DNA from: Longimicrobiales bacterium
GTDB lineage: Bacteria > Gemmatimonadota > Gemmatimonadetes > Longimicrobiales > Gaopeijiaceae
DNA length: 64,000 bases
Assembly (NCBI GenBank): GCA_965204735.1
Contig: OZ242008.1
Span: 1,792,001 to 1,856,000 of the forward strand
Reading direction: 5' to 3'
Position numbers and translations under genes: made by a program. The notes beneath the pieces are model-generated. The model had not been told where the DNA came from. It saw nothing but the letters and a program-made list of their open reading frames with translations, and did no database searches. This document shows, piece by piece, positions 19,054-29,181 of the stretch. How positions within the stretch are numbered: position 1 is the first letter of the stretch; every line of letters starts with the position of its first letter.

Positions 19054-19695
19054 ATGAGCCATGGATGGTGGTGCCGCACCAAGACCTTTCCGATGACCTG
19101 CAAGCACTGCCAACAGCGAGTCTTCTTCTATTCGTGCGACTGCGGGTCGCGGGTCTTCTTCGAGACGCTGGGTCCACCGTGGCGAACGCATTCCTGCTAC
19201 CCGGAAGAGGACTTGTACGCCCCGAGGAGGCCGAGCACCTCGTTCGTGCCGCGCCGGGAGCGACTGGTGCGTGTGCCGAGCACGAAGGGGCCGTTCATCG
19301 CACGAGACTTGGTTCGCAGGGCAACTGCTTCTCCCGTCGACCACCCCATTCGCAGGATCGACCCGGAACGGTCCCGGCGAGCGACGATCGTGGGCGAGGT
19401 GCGGGAGGTGCTGGAAGAGTCCAACGTGTACAAGGCGCTCCGCTACTCGGACGCTCCCATGGGCCGAGCGATTCTGGGCAAGCTTGCGAGCGGACCGATG
19501 GGCAAGGTCACGGTGCACGCACCGCCCGAGACCCGTGGCGACCACATTCGCGAGAGCTACACCGCGTGGGTGCCCGCAGAGCGTGTTCGGGGATCCGAAG
19601 TTGTTCGGGGCGCGGCTGTCGAAGCCGAACTCGAAGCGGTTGTCGTGCCCGACCGCGCAGGCGTGTGGTTCTGCCGTCGGCTCGAGGTCCTGTGA
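19054..19695 (+). CDS. Hypothetical protein with N-terminal Cys/His metal-binding motif
   Basis: RBS GGGAG; TCKHCQQRVFFYSCDCGSRVFFETLGPPWRTHSC; fits tightly between its neighbours. Confidence 0.7.
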   Translation: MSHGWWCRTKTFPMTCKHCQQRVFFYSCDCGSRVFFETLGPPWRTHSCYPEEDLYAPRRPSTSFVPRRERLVRVPSTKGPFIARDLVRRATASPVDHPIRRIDPERSRRATIVGEVREVLEESNVYKALRYSDAPMGRAILGKLASGPMGKVTVHAPPETRGDHIRESYTAWVPAERVRGSEVVRGAAVEAELEAVVVPDRAGVWFCRRLEVL

Positions 19696-19698
19696 GCC

Positions 19699-20294
19699 GT
19701 GCGCTACGGCAAGGAAGAGCTTCGGGAACTGCTGCGCGGCGGCGAATCGCACTTGGTCGAGTTCAAGCGGAGCCTGGGCGACCGGCGGAGCGTTCGCCGC
19801 AACATCTGCGCCTTCGCCAACGACGGACCGGGCACGGGCAGGGCAGGAGTCATCTTCGTCGGAATCGACGACGACGGGACTTGCGCAGAGACGCGCATCG
19901 ACGACGGCCTGCTCAAGACGCTTGCGCTGATGCGCGCCGACGGGAGCATCCAGCCGCTTCCGGCAATGCGAGTGGACGAAATGACGATCGACGGCTGTCG
20001 CGTGGCCGTGGTTCAAGTTGAACCGTCGCGAACTGGTTCGACAACCGAGTCGACATCGAGAGTCCGGGCGGCCTCTACGGCCGGGTCACGCGAGCGAACA
20101 TCGAGGAGGGCGTCACCGACTACCGCAACCCGTTGGTCGCGGAGATCATGTACCACCTCGGATTCGCCCAGCGATTCGGCGTGGGGATTCCAATCGCCAA
20201 GGAAGCGTTGCGCGACAACGGCAACCCGCCTCTGGAGCTTCGAGCATCCACTTCGAGCCTGACGGCGACTGTGCGGATGCCGCCCGACTTATGA
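19699..20294 (+). pseudogene. AlbA_2 (Schlafen-like)/HATPase_c_4 protein, internally deleted and out of frame
   Basis: ESHLVEFKRS...ICAFAND...IFVGIDDDG in one frame. After ~20030 another frame reads WFDNRVDIESPGGLYG...DYRNPLVAEIM..LGFAQRFGVGI and ends ATGA into parA. Confidence 0.8.
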
Positions 20295-21298
20295 AGACCG
20301 TCGCCTTCTTCGGGAAACAAAATCGGAACTGGAACGAGCCTTCTCGTACACCACCTAGCCTGGATGTACGCGAAGCTGGAGTACGATGTGCTGGCGGCGG
20401 ATCTGGACCCCCAGGCGGGCCTCACCGAGCACTTCCTTGACGAGAAGCGGTTGGAGCAGCTGTGGGGCCACGGCGTCGGCGGGACTGTGCATGAGAACTA
20501 TCGTGGTCTGTTGCAGGCCGGGGCCGAAGCCGACGCGCCCCGCCCGTACCTTGAAGACATCGCCGACGGACTGGCGCTGTTGCCGGGCGACCTGTCCCTG
20601 GGCGGAGCGGAAGAGAACCTTGCCGACCACTGGCGAGGTTGCCGGGAAGGGTGCCCGGAGGCGTTTCGGGCGACGGCCGGCCTCTTTCGCGTCATTCACC
20701 GGGCGGCTCGTAAGGCGAACGCCAATCTGATCCTGGTTGACGCTGGTTCCAGCCTGGGCGCCGTTGCCCGCGCCGCGATGCTGGCTGCCGACGAAGTGGT
20801 CGTGACCGTGCAGCCCGGCCCTTCGTCGCTTCGGGGCTTGGCCAACGTGGGTTCGGCGCTCCGACGGTGGCGTGCGGAGTGGCAGGAACTGCTGTCCCGG
20901 GCCCCCGAGTCCACGGAGCCCGGCGACCTGCCGCCCGGGGGACCATGAGGGCGACGGGCTACGTTGTGTGGCAACGCTCGCTCCGCTTGGATCGGCCGCT
21001 AGCGCACAGCTTGCCGTGGCTGAGGCGCATTCCCGTCGACTACCGCCGCCATGTCCTTGGCCATGTCGCCGACCGAGACGTCTGGGTAGACGACGACCCC
21101 TACTGCCTCGGCAACCTCACCTACTATCTGGGCCTGATGCCCATCGCACACGACGCGCGAAAGCCCGTATTCGACCTTAAGCCCGGCGACGGGCTGATCG
21201 GCAACCACATGCCCGACGTCGTCGAACGGTACCGCGAGTACCGCGACATGGCCCAGCGGTTGGCCGAGCGGTGCGAGGCAGCTCCCCGGCAAGGATGA
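20291..21298 (+). pseudogene. ParA/Soj-like ATPase with two frameshifts and a degenerate Walker A
   Basis: MKTVAFF / NKIGTGTSLLVHHLAWMY...AADLDPQAGLT...ILVDAGSSLG / ..GYVV...ARKPVFDLKPGDG. Shifts near 20312 and 20940 lie in G runs, so sequencing error is possible. Confidence 0.75.
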
Positions 21299-21341
21299 CC
21301 CCAGCACGAACCTCTCGGACCGTCCACTGGACGTTCGCGTT

Positions 21342-21554
21342 TTACACGAGCTTGCGGAACTCCTCCACGTCAAGACCGACATCTGTCACGATCTTACCCA
21401 TCGTATGAGCGTTGATTGGATTATTGCGCGGAATGGGGACGATATTCACACCATCGGTCATTATGACGTGCTTGCTTTGTCGCTTGACGCGATAGCCCAG
21501 CTTCTCGAAGGCCCGAATCGCGTCCCGATGATTCACACCATGCAAGTTCGGCAT
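21342..21554 (-). CDS. hicA: HicA-family toxin
   Basis: 70 aa: DAIRAFEKLGY.VKRQSKHVIM...VPIP..NPI...TMGKIV..VGL.VEEFRKL. Confidence 0.88.
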   Translation of the reverse strand: MPNLHGVNHRDAIRAFEKLGYRVKRQSKHVIMTDGVNIVPIPRNNPINAHTMGKIVTDVGLDVEEFRKLV

Positions 21555-21630
21555 GACCTGCTCCCGTTCTGTTTGTGCTTGGTGCTACGACGGCTGATTA
21601 GCCGCTGTAGCCGCCTGGCTTCGTTCTAAA

Positions 21631-21650
21631 ACTAAACTAAACTAAACTAA
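21631..21650. repeat. (ACTAA)4 simple sequence repeat
   Basis: ACTAAACTAAACTAAACTAA read directly; overlaps the hicB stop codon. Confidence 0.9.
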
Positions 21651-21907
21651 ATCGCCACTTTGACCTCGCGGGCCTCGACGCCCGACTCGGCCATATTTTC
21701 GAACATGACTTCCAGATAGTCCCGGAGGGCGTCCGCGATGTTCTCCAGCGCCTCCGCTTCCGTATCGCCCTGCGACACGCATCCAGGAAGTCCTGGAATC
21801 CAGACGCAATAGCCTTCCTCGGAATGGTGAAGTGCAACCGGGTATGTGGTCGTCCGCCCAGCCGTGCTGACGGACGCCGCATGCTGTTTGGCAACCATGT
21901 GTCCCAC
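21647..21907 (-). CDS. hicB: HicB-family antitoxin (short form); start uncertain
   Basis: YPVALHHSEEGYCVWIPGLPGCVSQGDTEAEALENIADAL. Confidence 0.88.
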   Translation of the reverse strand: MGHMVAKQHAASVSTAGRTTTYPVALHHSEEGYCVWIPGLPGCVSQGDTEAEALENIADALRDYLEVMFENMAESGVEAREVKVAI

Positions 21908-21973
21908 GGAGTCCTCCCGTGACTTCAGTTTCGTTACCCGCCGGACCGCGGCGCTGCTCCTGGCTACGACTGA

Positions 21974-22002
21974 AGCATCGCACCCAAGTCCAATTAAGTC
22001 AA
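21974..22002 (-). promoter_or_regulatory. Possible promoter for hicBA
   Basis: Minus strand TTGACT-17 nt-GATGCT; the -10 is weak. Confidence 0.3.
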
Positions 22003-23462
22003 GCCGTGCCCCCCGACCTTCCCAGCAGCGCCTCCGACTTCGCCCGGAACGCGTCGCCGTCTTCCGTCAGCAGGCCCATCCGGACCAGGATGCGCAGGTC
22101 GCGGAGGAGCGTCCGGTCCGAGAAGCGGCCGTACTCGCGGGCCAAGTCGGGATCGAGGAGCGGCAGGTCGTCGGGGCGGAAGGGGCTGCGGAGCGGGACT
22201 GCGAGCATGAGCGCCCGGCGGCGGCGGAAGACCGACTTCTTGCGGTGCTCCATCTGCTCGAACCGCCGGAAGACGAAGCTGCGCCACGCCGCCTCCAGCT
22301 GGGATTGCCGAAGCGCGTGGACCAACGCCGCCAACCCGTCGGCGAAGCCCTCGGCGGCGTAGGCGATGAACGAAGTCAGCGACCGATCCTCCACGGCGCG
22401 GCGAAGCTGCCGCTCGTACTCTCGGGGCGTGCCGGCGTAGTGCTCGGGCAGCAGGTGGCAGGCAAGCCCCGGCACGCCGGCTCGGAGCAGGCCGCAGCTC
22501 TCGGCCAGCCGCGCCGTCCGTCCGTTTCCGTCGGCGAAGGGACGGATCCACGCCACGTACACGTGGGAAGCGACGGCGTGGACGAAGCCGTCGACGAAGG
22601 GCTGGCCGCTCTCCTCGGCCGAGCCGGCCCCGGAGGAAGCGACGGCGGCCGACGGCGCGCTGGCCCCGGACGCTCCCGTCACGGTCGCGACCGCCCCCGA
22701 TACAGCGGTCGAGACGCCCCCCCGGCACAAGGCGAGAGGACTCGGCGACGCCACGACCGTCCGCGCCGGGGCCGGAGGAAACTCCCGGGCCAACCACTCG
22801 CACAGCTCCTCGACCAGTCGCGGGACCTGGCTGGCGGCAGGGCAGGGAAGACCTTCGCCAGCCTGGTCGGTCGGCTCGCCGCCGGTCGGCTCGTGGTCGC
22901 TCCGGAACTCGCCGGGGACGCCCCGGAAGCGCCTTCCGACACCCCCGAAGCGCCGTCCCAAGTCCCTTCCGACGGTCCCGTGCAGCTCCCGCAACAGGCC
23001 GGGCGAAAGCTCGAGACCTTGCTGCTCCCCGCTCGTCAACGCTCCCCGTGCCGCCGCGTCGTTCCGCACCGCCGTCGCCATGCGCCGCCGACTGCGCGGC
23101 TGGCGTCGCCCGGCAAGCGCTTCGGCCACCTGCTGCACGGAGAGCGTGCTTCCGGCCAGGGCGCCGCTGGCCGCGGTTGCTCGCGTCACCGCTTCGTCCA
23201 GCAGCCTGCGGCGGACCTCGGGCGGAACTGGAGCCTCCCGAAGGGTCGAGACGTTGGCGTCGCACCAGCCCAGGAGGTAGCGAGTCCGGGCCGACACTCC
23301 CCAGTGACGCCGGAATCGGGGCATCGGAACGCGGGCGCGGGACACGGATGTCGTGCCGGACAAATACGCGCCGGAATTTGACGAGTTGCTGCTTTCGCTC
23401 ACCTTCACGTCCCCAGAAGGCCACTCAAGGGCTCGTTCGATACAAGTACCGGACAAAATCAT
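21999..23462 (-). CDS. Fic-domain protein with degenerate active site; start uncertain (23462 or 23324)
   Basis: LRELH, PGEFR, VAWIRPFADGNGRTARLAE, HYAGTPREYERQL, C-terminal wHTH (DRTLLRDLRILVRMGLL). Confidence 0.82.
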   Translation of the reverse strand: MILSGTCIERALEWPSGDVKVSESSNSSNSGAYLSGTTSVSRARVPMPRFRRHWGVSARTRYLLGWCDANVSTLREAPVPPEVRRRLLDEAVTRATAASGALAGSTLSVQQVAEALAGRRQPRSRRRMATAVRNDAAARGALTSGEQQGLELSPGLLRELHGTVGRDLGRRFGGVGRRFRGVPGEFRSDHEPTGGEPTDQAGEGLPCPAASQVPRLVEELCEWLAREFPPAPARTVVASPSPLALCRGGVSTAVSGAVATVTGASGASAPSAAVASSGAGSAEESGQPFVDGFVHAVASHVYVAWIRPFADGNGRTARLAESCGLLRAGVPGLACHLLPEHYAGTPREYERQLRRAVEDRSLTSFIAYAAEGFADGLAALVHALRQSQLEAAWRSFVFRRFEQMEHRKKSVFRRRRALMLAVPLRSPFRPDDLPLLDPDLAREYGRFSDRTLLRDLRILVRMGLLTEDGDAFRAKSEALLGRSGGTA

Positions 23463-23528
23463 CCTACTATTTGACGGCGTTCGTGTCCAGGGCCGGAACG
23501 GTGGGAGATCGTCCAGGCCGCCCGGCAA

Positions 23529-23707
23529 GCGTGTCCACGCGTGCCGGGCCCGACGGGGGAAGCATCCCCAGCCCTTCCACCTACAGGATTCCCCACGAGC
23601 GGGAACCGGAGCGACCAACAGGCTGACCCCAGCCCTTCCGTCTACAGGGTTCCCCGTAACGGGGGTGCGTGTCCACACCAGCCGGGCCCGAAGGGGGGAG
23701 CGTCCCC
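23529..23707. repeat. Nested direct repeats in A-B-B-A order
   Basis: A: 41 bp at 23529-23569 and 23667-23707 (35/41). B: 29 bp at 23566-23594 and 23627-23655 (26/29). Confidence 0.8.
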
Positions 23708-23940
23708 TGGGCCGGCCCCGGGGCCCGGACGAGCTTGACGTCCAGTGTTCTATGGATGCGCCCTACGAGGTGGACCCGCCCCTGCGGCCCCTTTGGTGAC
23801 GCCACGGCGTTCTGCGGACGCGCCCCCAAGCGTGTCCAAAGCGAGCGGGCAGCCGGGGCGACCAAGCCGCCAAGTGCCCACCCAGCCCCAAGTCGCCCGC
23901 GCCTCTTCCAATCCAACCCTCCCAAGCTTCAATTGAGACT

Positions 23941-24030
23941 GGCCTTCGTCGGCCGCACTGGCCCTCGTCGGTCTCACTGGCCCTCGTCGGTCGCACCGGC
24001 CTTCGCCGGCCGCACCGGCCCTCGCCGGCC
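23941..24030. repeat. 19-bp tandem repeat, ~4.7 copies
   Basis: Unit GGCC(C/T)TCG(C/T)CGG(C/T)CGCAC(C/T), contiguous with no spacers. Confidence 0.85.
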
Positions 24031-24106
24031 CCTCGCCGCCCCCAATCCCTCGGCCTCAATCGGCCGCCCCGCCTTCCATCGCTCCCGCCGACCCGGAGCC
24101 TGCGCC

Positions 24107-25343
<1,237 letters not shown>

Positions 25344-25345
<2 letters not shown>

Positions 25346-25465
25346 CCGTCGCCCGCGCAACCAACCGTCGCCCGCAACCAGCCGCCGCCGGCAACCAGCC
25401 GTCGCCCGCAACCAGCCGCCGCCGGCAACCAGCCGTCGCCCGCAACCAGCCCGTCGCCCGCAACC
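25344..25465. repeat. 17-bp tandem repeat, ~7 copies
   Basis: Alternating AGCCGTCGCCCGCAACC and AGCCGCCGCCGGCAACC between icd and pepA. Confidence 0.9.
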
Positions 25466-25485
25466 AACAGAGGAGGACCGCAGCC

Positions 25486-27072
25486 GTGCGCATCGAGGTC
25501 GTTGGAGTGCCGAAGGGTCCGGCGGACGCGTCGCCCGCCGCCATGGAAACGCCGCTGATGGTGGCGCCGATCTACACGTTGCTCCCCGTGCGGTCGCGCG
25601 GTCTGCTGGGCCTCCCGGTGGTCGCGGCGCTGGACCGGCGCGCGGGCGGGGTCCTGGAGCGAGCCCTTGCCCAGGAGGAGATGGACCGCCGAGGCCTTGC
25701 CCGAGCCTTTGCCCGGGATGGGCTGGAGAGCAAGGACGGGGAGTGGGTCGAGGGGTCCGGTCGCGGCGGACCCGGACCCGAACGGATTCGCTTCGTCAGC
25801 ATGGGGCAGCAGTCCAACCGCATAGCGTACCGGAACTTGGCCGGCCGGGCCGTGCGGGCTGCCGAGGAGCACGGGGCTGCGTCGCTGGCGTTGTGCGTGA
25901 GCCACGCTCGGAACCCTGAGCCGGGGTACGTGGGCTCGGCCTTGGCCGAAGGGCTGGTGATGGCGGCTTGGCGCTTCGACGAGTTCAAGTCGGACCCGGT
26001 CCGTTACCGGGGAAGGCCGGCGCCGCCGGTGGAGTCGGCGGTGGTGCTGGTGCCCGAGGAAGACCTGCAGGAGTGGAGCGAGTCGGTCCGCCGGGGCGTG
26101 GTGCACGGGCAGGCGGCCAACCTGACCCGAACGCTGCAAGCCCGCCCCGGCAACGTGGCGACACCGACCCACTTGGCCGAAGAGGCAGAGAAGATCGCCC
26201 GCGAGGCCGGCCTGGAGTGCACGATCCTCGGGCCCGAGGAGCTGGAGCGGGAAAGGATGCGGGCTCTCCTCGCGGTCGCCCGGGGGTCCGACGAGGAGCC
26301 GCGGATGATCGTCCTGCGCCACTCCGGCGGCGACCCCGACGACCAGCCGCTGGCGCTGGTGGGCAAGGGCCTCACCTTCGACGCCGGGGGCATTTCGATC
26401 AAGCCCGCCAAGGGAATGGAGGACATGAAGTACGACATGTCCGGCGGGGCCGCCGTCCTGGGCGCGATGTGGGGCGTGGGCCGTCTGGGGCTTTCGTGCA
26501 ACGTGGTGGGGATCGTGCCCTGCGCCGAGAACCTCCTCGGCGGCTCCGCAACCAAGCCGGGCGACATCGTCGTCGCTCGGTCCGGGAAGTCCGTGGAAGT
26601 GATCAACACCGACGCCGAGGGCCGGCTGATCCTGGCCGACGCCCTGGACTACGCGACCGAGACGAACCCCAAGATCATCGTGGACTGCGCGACGCTGACG
26701 GGCGCCTCCGTCGTGGCGCTGGGCCACACCTTCTCGGCGGCGATGGGGAACGACCCGTGGATCGTCGACCAGCTGGAGAGCGCGGGGGACCTGGCGAACG
26801 AGCCTTGCTGGCACCTGCCGATGGCCGACGAGTACCGGAGTCGGCTCGACAGCGACTGCGCCGACCTCAAGAACGTGGGGGGACGGGCGGCGGGCGCGAT
26901 CACGGCCGCCTGCTTCCTCTCCGAGTTCGTGCAAGAGATCCCCTGGGTTCACCTGGACATCGCGGGGACGGCGTACGGCAAGACCAAGAAGCCCTACCTG
27001 CGCGACGGTCCCCTGGGCAATCCGTGCCGCCTCCTGCTCTCTTGGCTGGAATACAGATCGCGCTCGGCGTAA
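25486..27072 (+). CDS. pepA: Leucyl aminopeptidase (M17)
   Basis: RBS AGGAGG with GTG start; VGKGLTFDAGGISIK, MKYDMSG, INTDAEGRL. Confidence 0.95.
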   Translation: MRIEVVGVPKGPADASPAAMETPLMVAPIYTLLPVRSRGLLGLPVVAALDRRAGGVLERALAQEEMDRRGLARAFARDGLESKDGEWVEGSGRGGPGPERIRFVSMGQQSNRIAYRNLAGRAVRAAEEHGAASLALCVSHARNPEPGYVGSALAEGLVMAAWRFDEFKSDPVRYRGRPAPPVESAVVLVPEEDLQEWSESVRRGVVHGQAANLTRTLQARPGNVATPTHLAEEAEKIAREAGLECTILGPEELERERMRALLAVARGSDEEPRMIVLRHSGGDPDDQPLALVGKGLTFDAGGISIKPAKGMEDMKYDMSGGAAVLGAMWGVGRLGLSCNVVGIVPCAENLLGGSATKPGDIVVARSGKSVEVINTDAEGRLILADALDYATETNPKIIVDCATLTGASVVALGHTFSAAMGNDPWIVDQLESAGDLANEPCWHLPMADEYRSRLDSDCADLKNVGGRAAGAITAACFLSEFVQEIPWVHLDIAGTAYGKTKKPYLRDGPLGNPCRLLLSWLEYRSRSA

Positions 27073-27113
27073 GGACGGCCGGGGTCGCCGCAGGAGGCGT
27101 CGCGGGCGGCGGC

Positions 27114-29171
27114 ATGGCTCCCGCGGCGGGCGGCGGGCGGGCAGGTCGTGGGGCTCTTCGGGGCCCCGTCCCGATGGCTCCCGCGGCGGGCGGCGGGCGG
27201 GCCTGCCGTCGGCCTTGCGCTCGGCTTGCCGCCGTCGTTCTCGGCGGCATGGCCTTGGCAGGAGCCGCCGTCGCGTCGGGTCAGGAGCCGCCCGACACGA
27301 TGCAGGCGGCGGCCGACTCGCTGCGGCCGGACTCGGCGGGCGTCGATCCAGTGGCCGACTCCCTCGCCGGCGACTCCGCGGCCGCCGACTCCGTCGCCGT
27401 GGACACCCTGCCGCCGCCCCCGGTCTTCCCCTCGCTGGAAGACCCCTTGCCCCCGCAGGCGACCCCCGGCACGTGGGAGTGGGACCGGACCGCGCTGCTG
27501 GGCGCCCGGGGCCAGACGCTGCGGGAGCTCCTCTCGGGGCTGCCGGGTCTGCTGCACGTCCGCGCCGGCGACTTCGGCGCTCCGTCGGCGGTCTTTCCGG
27601 TGGGCTGGTCGGGGGGCGGGATGCGGCTCTACTACGACGGGGTGGAGCACCTGCCGATGGAGGGATCGGTCCCGGACCTGTCCCGGGTCGCCCTCTCCGG
27701 GCTGGAGCGGGTGCGCGTGGTCCGCAGGGCAGGAGGCGTGGACGTGCTCCTCTTCCGACGCGTCCACGGCGACAAGCGACCCCACTCCCTCGTCGAGGCC
27801 GGTACGGGAGACCAGGACACCAACGTGCTCCGAGCGACCTTCTCGCTGCCCCGAGCGCTGGGCGGAAAGGCGTCCCTGGCGCTGGACCGGCTGGACACCC
27901 AGGGAAGGGAGGACCCGGGCGCGACGACCGGCGCATGGTTGCGCTACAGCGTTCACCGGGGCGACCGGGGAGGCCTGCGCTTCGAGTACCGGCGGATCGG
28001 CTCCCAGCGCTCCGACACCGCGTACGTGCCGGCGTCGGCCGTGCGCTCCGACTGGACGGTGCAGGGCGTGTGGCGGCTTCGCGAAGGAGCGCTGGCGGAA
28101 GCGTGGACCACGGGAGCGTCGATGGCGTCGGGAGACACCTTGGCGGCTTTTCCGTTCGCGGCGGAGCGCCGCCGCCAGGTCGGCGTCCGTCTCTCGGGCG
28201 AGCGGGGCGGGCTGTGGGGAAGGGCCACGGCCCGCTTCAACGGCGGCGCGGGGGTCGCCGACCGGGAGCTGAGCGTCGAGGCGTCGGCGCTCTCGGCGCG
28301 GTGGGGCGGAGCCGGCGCGCGGCTCTGGCAGGAGGCGTGGGCTGGACGCTCCGGGTCCGGCTACGACGTGCGGGCGTGGGCGTCGCCCGTCTCCTTCGCC
28401 CACGTCTTCGTGGAGCACGGAGACGGCAGCCGTTCGGTGCCGGACCTCGCTCCCCTGCCGGTTGCGCCGCCCGACTCCGCCCCGGAGACGCCCGAGGCCG
28501 ACACCGCCGGCGTCGAACCCGAGCCGCCGGAGGCGCCCAGGAACCGCTTCAGCCGGCGAACGGAGACCCGCTTCGGCGCGCGGCTGGCCTGGCGGGGCGC
28601 CCAGGCGACGGGGGCCCGGACCTTCGTGGAGGCGGACTCGGTGTGGCCCACCGGGCTCCCCTTCGACAGGGGCGGCTTGGTTCTCCCCCAGGCCAGGCGC
28701 GCAGGATGGGAGGTGACGGGCCGGATTCCCCTCTGGCCCCGGGGCCTGGCGCTGCGAGGCGCGGTCCAGCTCTGGGACCCGTCCGACTCGGTCGCCCTTT
28801 ACTTCCCCGACCACGTCTACGACGCGAGCCTCTCGTTCCACCGCACGTTCCTGGCCAGCGGCAACTTCGAGTGGTGGATCGACGTGGGCGTGCAGGGACG
28901 GTCGCCGATGGCCACCCCCCATCCGCGCCCCGCTGCGGAAGAAGACGGGCCGGAGGCGTCCGCGGGCGTCGCCGAGGGCTCCGGGCTCGCGCCGTCGACG
29001 GCGCCCTTCTACCAGGACTGGTACTTCCGAATGCAGGCGAGGATCCTGACCCTGAACATCTTCGTCACCGTCGAGAACCTGACTCTGCGGCCCGAGAACC
29101 AGGACGTGCCCGGACGCCTGCTGCCCGGGACCCGCGGCCTCTACGGCGTGAGGTGGACCCTGTGGAACTGA
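27114..29171 (+). CDS. Putative outer-membrane beta-barrel protein with TonB-receptor plug-like domain; start uncertain
   Basis: Signal-peptide-like stretch, LRELLSGLPGL, LYYDGVE...DLSRVAL..LERVRVVR (plug-like), C-terminal YGVRWTLWN. Confidence 0.7.
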   Translation: MAPAAGGGRAGRGALRGPVPMAPAAGGGRACRRPCARLAAVVLGGMALAGAAVASGQEPPDTMQAAADSLRPDSAGVDPVADSLAGDSAAADSVAVDTLPPPPVFPSLEDPLPPQATPGTWEWDRTALLGARGQTLRELLSGLPGLLHVRAGDFGAPSAVFPVGWSGGGMRLYYDGVEHLPMEGSVPDLSRVALSGLERVRVVRRAGGVDVLLFRRVHGDKRPHSLVEAGTGDQDTNVLRATFSLPRALGGKASLALDRLDTQGREDPGATTGAWLRYSVHRGDRGGLRFEYRRIGSQRSDTAYVPASAVRSDWTVQGVWRLREGALAEAWTTGASMASGDTLAAFPFAAERRRQVGVRLSGERGGLWGRATARFNGGAGVADRELSVEASALSARWGGAGARLWQEAWAGRSGSGYDVRAWASPVSFAHVFVEHGDGSRSVPDLAPLPVAPPDSAPETPEADTAGVEPEPPEAPRNRFSRRTETRFGARLAWRGAQATGARTFVEADSVWPTGLPFDRGGLVLPQARRAGWEVTGRIPLWPRGLALRGAVQLWDPSDSVALYFPDHVYDASLSFHRTFLASGNFEWWIDVGVQGRSPMATPHPRPAAEEDGPEASAGVAEGSGLAPSTAPFYQDWYFRMQARILTLNIFVTVENLTLRPENQDVPGRLLPGTRGLYGVRWTLWN

Positions 29172-29181
29172 CGCTTCGACG

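Noticed and set aside
20291..20950. Programmed frameshifting in the ParA-like gene
   Set aside because: No convincing slippery site plus structure; the Walker A is also degenerate, so decay or homopolymer error is simpler.
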